Assembly: GCF_009914755.1 (NCBI RefSeq)
Contig: NC_060932.1
Source of the DNA: the human T2T-CHM13v2.0 reference genome, Homo sapiens
Direction: 5' to 3' (one strand)
Length of the DNA stretch: 64,000 bases
The notes beneath the pieces are model-generated. The model was not told where the DNA came from. It saw nothing but the letters and a program-made list of their open reading frames with translations, and did no database searches. The position numbers and the translations under genes were made by a program. Shown here in pieces: positions 1 through 14,229 of the stretch (its first letter is position 1; every line of letters begins with the position of its first letter).

Positions 1-288
<288 letters not shown>

Positions 289-409
289 TTCTGTGGCTTT
301 TCTGACATACTCCATGCCTGACTTTCAGAAAGCCCTCAGGTGAAAGTCTTGGTTGTATGCAGTATCGAGCATGTACTAAAATGACAAAAACCAAGGGGCT
401 TACCACAAG

Positions 410-780
410 ATCTCTCTCTCTATCTCTGTCTCTAGCTTTGTCTGCATACTGGCTTAATTTCTTCTTACTCAAGCCTTTTCTCCATAAGGTGAGAAACGTG
501 TCCACAAAAGCTCCTGTATTTCTCACTACACACAATTCCTGTCATCACAGAGAATGATTAACTTGGTCTAGTTCCAGTTTGGAAAAATATTCAAGGGAAG
601 AATTCTGATTGGCCAATTTAGGCCAGATGCTCATCCCTGGACCAATCAACTGAGGCCAGGGAGGTGGAGTCATTTGAGAACATGGCAGCCCCCATGAGAT
701 CCACATGACTGGAGTAGGAAGTGTGACTCTCTATAGAGGGGAGGGCTGCTAGGCTGAAAAGGCAATAGATGTCTGCAGTG
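410..780. mobile_element. Old MaLR LTR (MLT1-like) fragment
   Basis: TCTGATTGGCC...TCCCTGGACCAATCAACTGAGGCCAGGGAG motif recalled from MLT1K/L. Confidence 0.5.
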
Positions 781-870
781 AAAGGAATAGATCAGGAGAT
801 ACATTCTGTTAAACCTGTTAATTATTTGAAAAAAAGAGAAACTTTCAATATACTGTCACAGTATACGTGA

Positions 871-1121
871 GCCGGTGGCTCACGCCTATAATCCCAGCAC
901 TTTGAGAGGCTGAGGTGGGCAGATCAGAGGTCAGGAGTTCGAGACCAACCTGACCAACATGGTGAAACCCCGTCTTGTGCACCTGTAATCCCAGCTACTC
1001 AGGAGGCTGAGGCAGGAGAATTGCTTGAACCAGGGAGGGGGAGGTTGCATGAGCTGAGATCATGCCACTGCCCTCCAGCCTGGGCAACAGAGTGAGACTC
1101 CTCAAAAAAAAAAAAAAAAAA
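871..1121 (+). mobile_element. Alu with internal deletion of linker
   Basis: GGTGGCTCACGCCTATAATCCC...polyA; central A-rich linker missing. Confidence 0.9.
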
Positions 1122-1404
1122 GTTACATTGTCGTTCCCCCAGCGTGATTTATCAGAAAGGAAAAACTTACAATATGCATATTTCCTATGCATAGGCTACT
1201 GCTATGAATTGAAATTCTTAAATTCCAAAGATTAATTAAAATGTTTCTCAAGACACATAAACTGTTAGAATCTGCTTATAATGAGGCTGAAGTTGAGTAA
1301 GAAGAGAACTGGCATTTAGGACGCTACTTTTCTTCTGTCGAGTACTGTCAAGTTTTGGTTCTGCCTGGAAGTAGATGCACCTCAAGGGAGGGTTGCATGT
1401 AAAG

Positions 1405-1406
<2 letters not shown>

Positions 1407-1441
<35 letters not shown>
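1407..1441. repeat. (GT)n microsatellite
   Basis: direct. Confidence 0.95.
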
Positions 1442-1442
<1 letters not shown>

Positions 1443-1608
1443 TAGTTTCCAAAGATGGGTACAACTTTCTGCAAATGTTCGTGCAGTATAATTGAACCAA
1501 TCTTTCCTTAAAGAGGGAAAATTTATACTCCTCTACATGAATCTGGGCTGCCTATGACTTGCTTTGGTCAGTGGAATGCTGCCAAATTGATGGTGACCAA
1601 CTTCTAGC

Positions 1609-2382
<774 letters not shown>

Positions 2383-3360
2383 TAGTCTTAGGCCTTGAGA
2401 GCCCTCTCGTAGTTTCCATATTTTTGCCCTCTTGGATGCTGGCACCAAGCAAACCTTGGCTATCCTGCTTAAAGGGACATTTGGAGAGGGGTTCTGGAGG
2501 GCGAGGGGCCACATGGAGGAAAACAAGCTTCCCCGGCTGACAACCAGCACCAACTGCCAGGCACATGCATGAGGCCATCCTGGATGCTCCGCCCAGCTGG
2601 CCCTCCAGCTGCAGGTAGCCACACAAATGAGCCCAGGTTAAACCAGCCAGGAAGTCCCCATGCAACTCACAGGGTCATGAGCAATAATGGCTTCTGGTGG
2701 TTTAAAGTTTCTAATTTTAGGTGCAATAGGTAACTGAAACAGCCCACAAGGGTGTGAGCCTGTGGAGGGTGCATTTCCCACCTGCTGAAGCTTCTCAATT
2801 CCCAGGATCCAATCCAGATAAGACTCTTGTTCTCAGTGTCCTTGATGGAAATGGCAATGAACTTTTTGCAGATTGGACCATCTCGGGAATCCCAAAGATC
2901 GGAAACTATTTTCTTTCTCAGAATCTTCCACAAAGCATTGAGCCTTAGGAATTTCTAAGAAGGATCTGGAATGAAAAAAAATCTTTTGAAAAGGTATTTG
3001 TATAGCTTCAGTTCAGCAAGATTCATGGTGGGTGTTAGAGTAAGTGCTGGTGTTAAGCCAAGCCATGTTTTTCAAAGACTCATCTGGCCTCAACGTTGGC
3101 AGGATCAGAGTGGCCTCCCAGGATCTATCACATCCTCAGAAGAGTTGGTTCAACTGGCATGTACCCAGATCTCTTTGAGCTAGTATGATACTCCCTTAAG
3201 TCAAAGGCTGCCACATCACATCTCCTTTAAGTCCCCCTAAGTACGACCCCAGAAGTATTGACAAAATAGTGCAATTCCTGAAGATTTCAGGAGGACATAA
3301 ATGAAGAGACTAAACTGCAAGGTACCAAAACTTCCATCTTTGCTAAAGACCCTCATCCAG

Positions 3361-3660
<300 letters not shown>

Positions 3661-3917
3661 GCCCTTATCCAATGGTCATGCCACTCTATCTGGCCATGTA
3701 ATTTCTCCTCCTGTCTTTCTGTAGCAACAGCCTTCTGAAGAACCTCACTCTGCCTTTCAAAACCCCTTCAACTTGTACCCTTCATCAGCAAAGTACTTAG
3801 CTCAACATGTATGCCTCTGGGGGTACTCATCCACATGCCATTTAAGGATATTTCCAGCATCATCATCTTCACTACCCCAGGATGGCATTTTAGAGTGGAT
3901 TACGTGCCTGCTGGATG

Positions 3918-4469
3918 TGTTGTACTTGAACGAGCTAGAGAAAATGCCACACTTTAAGACGAATTAAGAGTCTGTTCATTTAGCCGGCGGCTAAGAAATG
4001 GCTAACGTTTAAAGTTCTCTCGGCCTCGAAGAAGGGGCTAGATTTTCTTTTATACTTTCGTTTAGAAAGGGGAGGGGGGTCTAGTTAAAACAATTTTACA
4101 GAAGTAGGCAAAAAAGTTAAAAGGATAAATTGTTGCAGGAAAGTAAACAGCTCTAGGTCTAGGGGCTTTAAGACTATTATGAGGTGATAGACGCGGGGCT
4201 TTGGGCGTTATCAATTGGACGAATTCCTGGGAACTGCGGATATTGCTCACCACAGTATCTTATCAGTTAATTGCATTCTTCGATGTGCTGGGCGTCAGCT
4301 TGCACAAGTTAAGTCCTTGAGGAAGGGGCTGCCAGTGAAAGAGCCAAGATGGAGTCTGTCTGCCTCTCTTAGCTAAGGGAGAGTCAATTCAGGTGGAAAC
4401 AAGGCTAGGTGATTAAAAGAAAGGGAGAGTCTAAGAACAGGGTTAGTAAAAACAAGGTTGGGCATTACA
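3918..4469 (-). repeat. 3' LTR (LTR6A-like)
   Basis: reverse complement reads TGTAATGCCCAACCTTG...CAAGTACAACA (TG..CA); homologous to 10790-11233. Confidence 0.9.
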
Positions 4470-4493
4470 TTCCTCACTTGTATTTTTGGGGAA

Positions 4494-5578
4494 TCAAATC
4501 GTTGATTCTTCAGTTATAACGAGGGGGTTATTTTGAGTCTTAAGATACATAAGTTTGACAGAAGGTATGCGTTGTTTTACAAAATTAATAAACTAATTTA
4601 ATATACAAGGTCCAAAAATTAAACTTAATAGTAGGATGGGGAGGGGGTCTGGCTAACTTAGTAATTAGAATAGTTAGCTCTGGGTTCTAGTTGAACATGC
4701 TTTGATACTAGGGGATGTTATTTTCTTGTTCTTGTTGGCGCTTATCTAGATTTTCTTGCACTTTCTGGAGTGTATCTTTTATGACTAAGAATGGTGGAGG
4801 AACAGTTGAATCAACTTTCTCAGGGTGTTTCTGGAACATAGGGTTACTTAGATCAGTTAAAGGCCTGATTGGCTTGGGTGGGCTTTATGAGACTAGTTTT
4901 TTTTTGGATGGTGAACATAGACTTAACATTAAATCCTGGGATATAAAATCTTAATCTTCATGACATGCCATGATACTGTTGTGTTGAATTAAGGTCATGG
5001 ACAGTTATAGTAAGAGGATTACAATTTCTTCTAGTATATAATTTAGGATGAGAAGCAGGACTTATGGAAAGAGTTGAAGATCTGGTTGATCTTTTAGAGC
5101 AGGTGGCTAAAGTTACACATGTCTAATCAGGACAGGAAAACTGATAAATATCTTGACAGCTAGCATCAGGGTGATTTCTAGGACAGAGGTAAAAGTAAAT
5201 ATTTTGGAGTCTTTTTTCTGCACTTTTGGAGCTTCTATACTTAGTTTGGCTCTTGGAGTGTCTGAGTCTTGCTGCAAAGTCGACACTTCCTGCTCCTGGA
5301 ACTGGCAGATTGTGTTGCTTTTCGTGGGTATGGGCTGGCTTTGGGAAGAGTACAAATAAGTCAACTGCAGAGGACACTTCCTTGGAGGTACTGGCCTTCT
5401 AAGTGGTGTTTGCAAGTACAAGTCCTGTTGTGAAAGAGGTGAGGAGAAAGGAGTAGGAAGGCACAGAGGATGTAACGGGCAAAAACAAGTGAGTGAGGTA
5501 GATAAAAAGAATGAATCTAATGGCTTCACCTGACTTAGGTGCAGTTTTAAGGGGCCTGACTTAGGCTTGGGGACTTAT
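4494..5578 (-). pseudogene. HERV-T env remnant (SU N-terminal half joined to TM C-terminus)
   Basis: translates I-S-P-Q-A-*-VRPLKTAPK...FYLCPRNHPDASC...IFGPCILN...ITEESTI*; matches recalled HERV-T Env MGPEAWVRPLKTAPK; in-frame stops. Confidence 0.88.
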
Positions 5579-7608
5579 GTTTTTAGTTGGACTCTGTTGG
5601 CCTTTTTGATGCGGGAGTGATGAATGTAAGCAGGAATGCCATCTACTTTCAGAGCCATTGGAGTCGTGAGGATGACGTTGTGAGGTCTTTTCTAAGCAGG
5701 AGTGAGTCTTTCTTTTTGGAACTTTTTAACAACACTAGGTCTCCTGGCTGGAACGAATGGCAGGACTTTGGTCAGGAATTGGATTGGGATGGGCTCCTGG
5801 AACAAGTGGCAGGATAATATCTTGTACCTGTTGGAGAGACTATAGGTACTGTAATAAATTAGTTTGTGATATTTCTGCTAATTTGGCATCTCTTAGCTTA
5901 GGCAAGATAGGCGGTGCCTTATTATACATAATTTCAAAAGGTGAGAAATTAGCCTGGTAAGAGGTGCACCTTAATTTAAGTAGGGCTAAAGGAAGGAGAC
6001 TTACTTAATTTACACTGTTTTTTTAAGATTAATTTTATAAGAGTGTTTTTTAGGGTGTGGTTCATGCGTTCTACTTGCCTGGAGCTCTGGGGTTGATAGG
6101 CACAATGGAGCTTCTTTTGAATGTTTAACGCCTTACTGACTGACTGAGCTATAGGTGAGGTGAAGGCTGCTCTATTATCAGACTTTATGGCAGCAGGCAG
6201 CCTATATTGAGGGATGATTTCATTGAGTAAAAACTTAACTACTATGTTGGTGGTTTCGTTTTCGGTAGCAAATGTCTTAGTCTATCTGGAGAAGGTGTCT
6301 ACTAGTACTAGAAGGTATTTGTACTTAGCCTGGTGTGGTTTGACTTCTGTAAAGTCAATTTCTTACTTTTTTCTTGGCGACTTTTTCCAGAGACAGTGGC
6401 CTGGGCTGGGTTTAGGACTTTGTTTGGCATTTACTTGGGCTCAGGTTGTGCACTGGAGAGCTGCTTAATCTTTAGGCTTTGAAGACCGGGGATCTTAAAA
6501 TGGCTCTGGAGGAGCTGAGGTAGCTTTGCTCTTCTTAAATGGGTGATAGACTGTACGTAACTGGTTAAAGTTTGTTTAAGAGTTCAGGGTATGAAGATTC
6601 TAGAGTCAGGAAGAATCTACTAACTTTCCTGATTTTTATTGGCTCTGAGATCCGAAGCCAGTTGTTGTTGTTGTTGAGTATACGGGATTGTCAGGCAGAT
6701 CTGGCTGTGGAAAGGAGACTGTGGGCAGCAAGTTTAGAGGCGTGACTGAAAGTCTTGCTGCGACCTGAGCTGCTGAATCAGCTTTCTGGTTACTATGGGC
6801 CACGGCCGTGTTTTCTTTTTGATGTCCTTTGCGGTGGATCACAGCTACCTGCTGAGGTGAGTAGCCTGCTTTCCTGGTAGATGGCTTTATGTACATGCAC
6901 AGCAGCAAAGGCGTACTTGCTGTCAGTGTAAATGTTAATAAGTTTATTCTTACTTTATTGGAGAGCCTGAGTGAGGGCGATCAATTCAGCCTTTTGTGCT
7001 GAGGTGTTCGCTGGTAAAGCTTGAGCTTACAACAAATGTGTCTCCGTGGTAACAGCTGCACTGGCTCTTCATATTTCCTGCTTGAGGAAGCTGCTACCGT
7101 CTGTGAACACGGCGGCATCTGCCTTTTCTAGGGGCACAGCTTGAAGAACAGATAGGCCAGTTTCGATAGTTTCTAACAGTTCTTGACAGTCATGAGCAGG
7201 AATAGTGGAGTCTGAGTCAGGAAGTAGTGTAGCTGGATTGAAACACTTTGTGGGAGAGAAAGTCAAACGAGGCTGATCTAACAGTAAACTTTGATACCGC
7301 AAGATGCGAGCATTTGACATCTATTTGCCAGAAGCATTTTGTAGTAAGGTCTTTACGGCGTGAGGAGCTGTAAGGGTTAAATTTTGGCTTAGAGTTAACT
7401 TATCATCTTCTTGGGCCAGGCTTGCTGTAGCCGCTAAGGCTCGAAGACAACTTGGCCATCTAGAGGCCACAGGATCTAGCCTCTTAGACAAATAGGCCAC
7501 TGGGCGGCTTTAGGGTCTTAAAGTCTGAGTAAGCACGTCTTTAGCAACTCCTTGGCTTTTATGGAGATATTAGGGAGGGCTAAAGCAGGGGCTTCAGTTA
7601 ATGCTAAA
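5520..7608 (-). pseudogene. HERV-T pol remnant (RT connection, RNase H, integrase)
   Basis: PVAYLSKRLDPVAS, VFTDGSS, HCAYQPQSSRQVERMN motifs; many stops and frameshifts. Confidence 0.9.
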
Positions 7609-7609
7609 T

Positions 7610-8956
7610 TAACGGGCTACTTCATTCTGTACTTCTTGGATAGCTTCCACTAAGATTTTTGTTTGTCTTCTGAATGCTTTATCAGCGGCCTTTCCAGTTG
7701 CCTGTGTTGCTTTTGTTTTTTAAGCTTTTGATTATCAAAAACTTTTTGGGCTATTTCTAAAAGCTGACTGATATTTATTCTAGAAAATCTTTTTAGTTTT
7801 TGGAGTTTCTTTTTAATATCCTGGGCTGCCTGAGCCACAAATGCTAAATTAAGAGCAAGGCTATTTTCGGGAGCTGCCGGGTCAAAAGGGGTGTAAATCC
7901 GATAAGCCTCCTGGAGGCGCTCTAAAACGTTCTTGGTGACTTATCGGGCTTTTGGACAACGTCGGTCGTCTTAGACAAGTTGATGGGTTTCTGAGAGGCT
8001 CTTTTAATACTTGCGAGGAGATACCGGTGAAAATCGTCTAAAGCTCCCTTTCTACTTGAGGAATGTGGGTCCTGGTTAGGCTGGGTAGAGGGAAAGACAT
8101 CCTCAAGGAGGTCTCTAGCTTCTTCTTCCGGTCCGTTGGCTGATGTGAGGAAGTACTTTTTGGCTTCTTTTTGGATACGTTCCTTCTTTTCAGAGGTGAA
8201 AAGGGTTAAAAGGAGCTGTTGGCAATCATCTTAGGTGGGCGGGTGGGTCCGGAGTACAGACTCTGTCAGAGAGGTCAAAGCCTGGGGCTTTTCAGAGAAG
8301 GGAGGATTATGGGTTTTCTAATTATATAAGTCAGAAGTAGAAAAAGGGACACAAACTAAGAAGGGTGCTGAGCGCTCGTCACCTGGAGGGACTTGTGCCT
8401 CTCTCAGTGGTAGTAGAGGGACTACTTCTTCCTGCCACGGTCATGACTGAGAGGCAATGGGTGGCGAGCCTACAGGGGACGTCGTCGAGGAGACATGGGA
8501 TAACTTTAAGGGAGAAGGTTGGTTGTAAGGCGGTGGGATTGGGTGAGGGGGACTCTCCTCTTCTTCAGAGGGAGGCAGTACAGGGGAAGCTGAACCGACT
8601 GAGGGTTGAGGCGAAAACGCGGTCTGGCTTAGGAGGACCTTGGAGGTAGAATTATGAATGGCGCATGAACGGAGCCATGGAGAGTGGATCCTGACTAAAC
8701 GTAGCTAATGTAGGGAAACTGATCAGGGTGACTAGGAGTTTCAGTAACAACCTGCCACACAGCTTGAACAATTGTGAGGTTCAATGACCCTTCAGGGGGC
8801 CACTTGACTTTAAACTTTGGCCATTTTATTTTGCAGAGTGTCTGGAACTTGCCTTTTTTAGGCGGACTTTATAATCCTCTGAACTGAGAGAAAAATTCTG
8901 CAGCATACATTGGAGAGGGCTTTAACTTTACAAGGCTGGGAGGAAGTGTTTCTTAT
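7610..8956 (-). pseudogene. HERV-T gag remnant
   Basis: mutated start ATAAGAAACAC (inferred ATGGGAAAC); FSTSDLYN, AFVAQAAQDIKKKLQKL capsid motifs. Confidence 0.85.
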
Positions 8957-10769
8957 TTTTATTTTTTTTGAAGGCAATTTAATAAGATTTGAGCATAGAT
9001 ATTAAACTTAGCATGGACAGAGAAACTTATTTCTTGGGGGACTGGCATAGTGAAAGAACAGAATCAGTATGACCAGAGAGAGCAGAAAAACTTACAACAG
9101 CTAATACTACTTGCTACATTGCTGTAGCTTTAAGATTGAGGGAGGAGGACTAGAGCCAGCCTGAGATCTTCTGGGTCAGTTTGATCTAGGCGTTCTTCTT
9201 CTTCTTCTAGATCTGCACTTTAAATATTTTTGGTGTCTTTATGACTTAAATGCAAATAGCTTAAACTTAGCTTTTTCTTTTAAGGGTTTAAGGAGTGAGA
9301 GCAGAGCCAAGTCCTGGAGATGGTAAACTTGCTGTCGCACCGTAAAACGAGATGTGCGGGATAGGGGGCAGGGACAAGGCAGAAAAGGACTACTCGGATC
9401 ATTTTTAAGATGGGACAGTAGCCACAGAGGAACAGAGTAAGAATCTAAATGAAGTAAAGCAGTACGGGCGTACATTTCTTTACACAGTGTTCTACTTAAG
9501 GGCACAGGAAAAGTTACAGAATGACGAGAGAGGTGAGCAAGGAAATTTGCAGGGTGGCTGTTTTGAACTCACTACTGGTTTAGTTTAGAGGAGGTCTAAT
9601 CACCTGGACGTGGAGTATGACGATCTAAATACTTACAACTTTCATAGTGCTAGAAATCTTAATCAGGCAAATGTTTTTCACACTTGTTCTTGTAACAACA
9701 CTTGACTTGCTTCTGGCAGAAAAGACAGGACTGTGGTCGCCAGCCTAAAAGATTGATGAGAAATTTAACCTCCTGTGACAAAAAATCAGCACTAAGGGCT
9801 TTGAAGAAGTTTTTACTTAGACGTCTTGGCAATATCAACGTCTTGACATGCAAAACTCTGACAACTACTAACAAGACAATAGACACTGAGCAGAACAATC
9901 AATATAAAACAAACAATTGACTTTAGTGCATGTAAACAGTTACGACAGTTTCTTCCTTTTTTTTTTTTTTTTTTTTTTTTTTAGACAGACAAGGGGAGGG
10001 TTTCCTGTGATAGGATCAGTCAGATAACTGCCTGGCCCCTCCCCCTGAGGGGACTTGGGCTCCTCTTAGCATTGGCAGGCCGGTATAAACTTCCGGCTCA
10101 GATCAAGCTATGCCTGATGCTGCCTTAAGCCTTATGGGGTCGCCACAGAACCGCAGGTGAGGTGAGGGCCTACTTGAACTCCGTAGCTTTCGCCGTGGAG
10201 CTACAAACTGGAGGACAAGCGCGAGCCCTTGTCCTCCCTCACTCATTCATTATTCACACAGAGTATATAACAGTTTTTTTTTTTTCTTTCTTGGAGATTC
10301 TTCAAGAAACTTGAACAAGAGAAAGATGAGAGATAGAAACAGAGAGAGAGAGAGTGACCGGTCTGCCGGAAACCAGGACTCAGTCCTCCAGCATCCTGGG
10401 ATGTGGACTGAGTCAAGGGAGGGCCCCTGTCAGGGCCACTTCCCTCCTAGAAAGAGACACAGAGGTGCCTAACAGAAAACCAGGGCTCTACCTTCTAGCG
10501 TCCTAGAGAAACATGCAGAGTCGAAAGAGGGACACCCTCATCAGGGCCGCTTCCCTCTTCCTAGAACTGAAGTCAAATCTGACCCACGTGACCTCAGGGT
10601 CAGAAGTCGAGGACTCAGAGGTGGAATTTTTATGGGCACCCACCGGGTAGTCGATCCGCTCTCCTCTGGAAGACGGTCACTTTTCGAGGACCTGAAGGTT
10701 TTTTTTTAGGTGGCACCCCCCACAAGCCGGCCGTCCTTCCGGGGGAGCCCGGCTCTCTCCTCATGGCGT

Positions 10770-10787
10770 TTCTCGCTGGGGCCTCCA
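10770..10787 (-). promoter_or_regulatory. Primer binding site, tRNA-Thr
   Basis: minus strand TGGAGGCCCCAGCGAGA immediately after the 5' LTR, complementary to the tRNA-Thr 3' end. Confidence 0.85.
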
Positions 10788-10789
10788 AA

Positions 10790-11233
10790 TGTTGTACTTG
10801 AATGAGTTGGAGAAAATGCCACACTTTCACATGAATTAAGAGTCTCCTTATTTAGCTGGTGCCTAAGAAATGGCTAACTCTTAACGTTTTCTTGGCCCCG
10901 AAGAAGGGGCTAGATTTTCTTTTATACTTCAGTTTAGAAAGGGGAAACAGGTCTAGTTAAAAGAATTTTACAGAAGTAGGCAAAAAAGTTAAAAGGATAA
11001 ATTGATACAGGAAAGTAAAGAGTTCTAGGTCTAAGGGCTTTAAGACTATTACAAAGTGATAGACGTGGGGCTTTAGGCATTATCAATTGGACAAATTCCT
11101 GGGAACTGTGGATATTGCTCGCCCCACAGTATCTTATCAGTTAATTGCATTCTTAGATCTGCTAAGAGTCAGCTTACACAAGTTAAGTCCTTGAGGAAGG
11201 GGCTGCCAGTGAAAAAGCCAAGATAAAAGCTGT
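10790..11233 (-). repeat. 5' LTR (LTR6A-like), U3 start truncated
   Basis: aligns with 3918 to about 4360, then breaks into MST sequence. Confidence 0.88.
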
Positions 11234-11560
11234 CCCCAGTGTTAGAGGTGGGGCCTGGTGGGAAGAGATTGAATCATGGGGGTGGATTTCTCATGAATGA
11301 TTTTGCATCATCCTTTTGGTCCTGTCCTTGCAATAGTGAGTGAGTTCTTGCAAGATCGGGTTGTTTACGAGTGTGTCGCACCTCCCTCCTTACTCTCTTG
11401 CTCCCGCTTCACTTTCTGCCATCATTGTAAGTTTCCTGAGGCCTCCACAGAAGCTCAGCAGATGTCAGTGTCATGCTCCCTGTATAGCCTACAAAACTGC
11501 GAGCCAATTAAACCTCTTTTCTTTATATATTACCCAGTCTCAGGTATTTCTTTATACCAT
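11234..11560 (+). mobile_element. MST (MaLR) LTR, 5'-truncated
   Basis: CCCAGTGTTAGAGGTGGGGCCTGGTGGG...AATTAAACCTCTTTTCTTTAT..TACCCAGTCTCAGGTATTTC. Confidence 0.85.
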
Positions 11561-11569
11561 GAGAACAGC

Positions 11570-12180
<611 letters not shown>

Positions 12181-13216
12181 TCTAGATTTTTTTTTTTGTT
12201 GACCATTGCTTATTTGGTTTGACTTTCATTTTCTTCCCCATTGTGGTAGTCATTTTCTGAATGCCTGTTAGTTTGTCCATCTCTCTCCTCTGTAGTCCCT
12301 AGAGTCAGATGAACTCCTCTGCAGGTGCAATGGTGTAACACTCTCTAGTGCTGAATTCTGAGCAGGAGAAAGAGAGCAAGAGTGACCAGTACCTTTGGAA
12401 ACTCTGGCCTCCTGAGAATTTGGTGTCTCCTCTGCAAAGGTTGCATACCTGTTAACCCACAGGCAGGAGAGAGAGACAAGCCAGAATCATGATCTGTTGA
12501 GCTTGAGTTTAATATCTGATGCACAGAGATCACTGAGTTTTTTGATAAGAATTAGAGGGGGAAGAAATGGTCACAGAGAACAATTTCTATCTCCAGGTGA
12601 GGATTCAGGAGATAATTCTGTGAACAGAACTTCCTGAGAACTGAGATGCGGGAAATAGCTGGTATTAGAAGAGTGAAAATGTCAGTAATTATGGCTACGA
12701 CTGTGCTCTTAGAGGCAAAAGAAGAAAATGAGACTGCCAGGCATGAATAATGAGAAATCTTTGATGGAATTAGCCATGCAGAACAGATACTAAATGCATC
12801 CTCATTCTTCTCATAGTCAAAAGTTTGTGCTTAAGCTGGATGGGAAAAAGAGAATCCCATTTCACTAAGTATAAAAGAGGGGATTTTAGAGAAGGTCTCA
12901 GAAGAAAGAGATGTGGGGGTTTGGTGAAACTCACCAGAGGCTGAACCCTCTCCAGCATAACACAGGGATTGGGAGGAGCAGGGCGGCATTAGGCCAGATG
13001 TATAGCCCAGTGCTGCTCTCTCTGGACTTGTTTGCTAGCTGAGCTCATCCATTTACATAATTTTCAGTGCCATTTCTCAGCTAATGAGTCCTGAACTTTT
13101 GTCTTGAGGCTAGAATTCTCCTTCAAACAGCAGTTTTAACACTCAACTTCTTTCTTGTTTTTTCCACTTGTCAACTCATGAACACCTCAACCTTGTTACA
13201 TCCAAAGCCAAACTCA

Positions 13217-13336
13217 TGGCTTGGAGTGGTAGGTGATGGCTGTAATCCCAGTGCTATGGGAGGCAGAGGTGGGAGGATTACTTGAGGCCAGGAGTTGGAA
13301 GCCAGCCTGGAAAACAGAGTGAGACTCCCTATCTAC

Positions 13337-13368
<32 letters not shown>

Positions 13369-13532
13369 GCATGGTGATGTGCATCTGTAGGATCTGTAGT
13401 CCTGCTACATGGCACGCTGAGGCAGGAGGATCACTTGAGCCCAGGAGTTTGAGGCTGCAAAGAGTTATGATTGCACCAATGCACTCCAGCCTGGGTGACA
13501 CAGCCAGAGACCCTGTCTTAAAAAAAAAAAAA
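13217..13532 (+). mobile_element. AluJ with expanded linker polyA
   Basis: GGAGGATCACTTGAGCCCAGGAGTTTGAGGCTGC diagnostic. Confidence 0.9.
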
Positions 13533-14229
13533 CCAAAGCCAAACTCTCTTTTTCCTCCTCCTTCTCCATGGGCTCTGTCCATGTCATCTCTGTTCTGTAA
13601 ATGGCACCACCCCCTGCTGAGCTGCTCAAGGTGGTCATAACTCATGTGTTGTGCTAACTCTTCTTTTGCCCTCTTCTGCAGTCAGCAAGTCCTGTGATTC
13701 TAAACTTTATCCAACTTGTCCACTCTCTGTAGCTTCACTGTCATTATCTTTGCCTAGGACACCACTATCTCAGCTGGGCTACAGCAGCCTCCTAACTGGT
13801 CTTAACTGGTACTCTGCACCTGCTCTCCATGCTCAGCAATCCATTTCCTACCTGGCAGCTTCAGTGATCTTAAGGCTTCCATTGAGTCTCATCCCTGCCT
13901 TTCCTGCCCATGGTACATAGAATAAAATCGAGACCCCGAGTCTTCTGCCTGTTCCTGCCACCTCTCCAGCCCTCTCCTATCTCCTGCCCTTGGCCTACTC
14001 TATTTCAGCCACTATGGCCTCCTTTTGTTTTCTTGGACTTTCAAACCTTTTTCCACAACACGGCCTTTGCACTTGCTGCTTCAGCCTGGAATGATTTTCC
14101 CTGCACCTCCCCAAATTAGACCATCCTTCAAGTGTCAGCTAAAATGGTGCTTCCACAGACAGCTCTTCCCTGACCCCTTTATAAAGTGGACTTACCTGCT
14201 CTTCTCCACCTTAACCTCTTATTGTTTCT

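Larger units (their letters stand above)
3918..11233 (-). mobile_element. HERV-T (HERVS71) provirus, defective and hypermutated
   Basis: two homologous LTRs, PBS-Thr, gammaretroviral gag/pol/env remnants in order on the minus strand. Confidence 0.9.

Noticed and set aside
10770-10787. tRNA gene
   Set aside because: Only the 18-nt tRNA 3'-end match (retroviral PBS); no cloverleaf.
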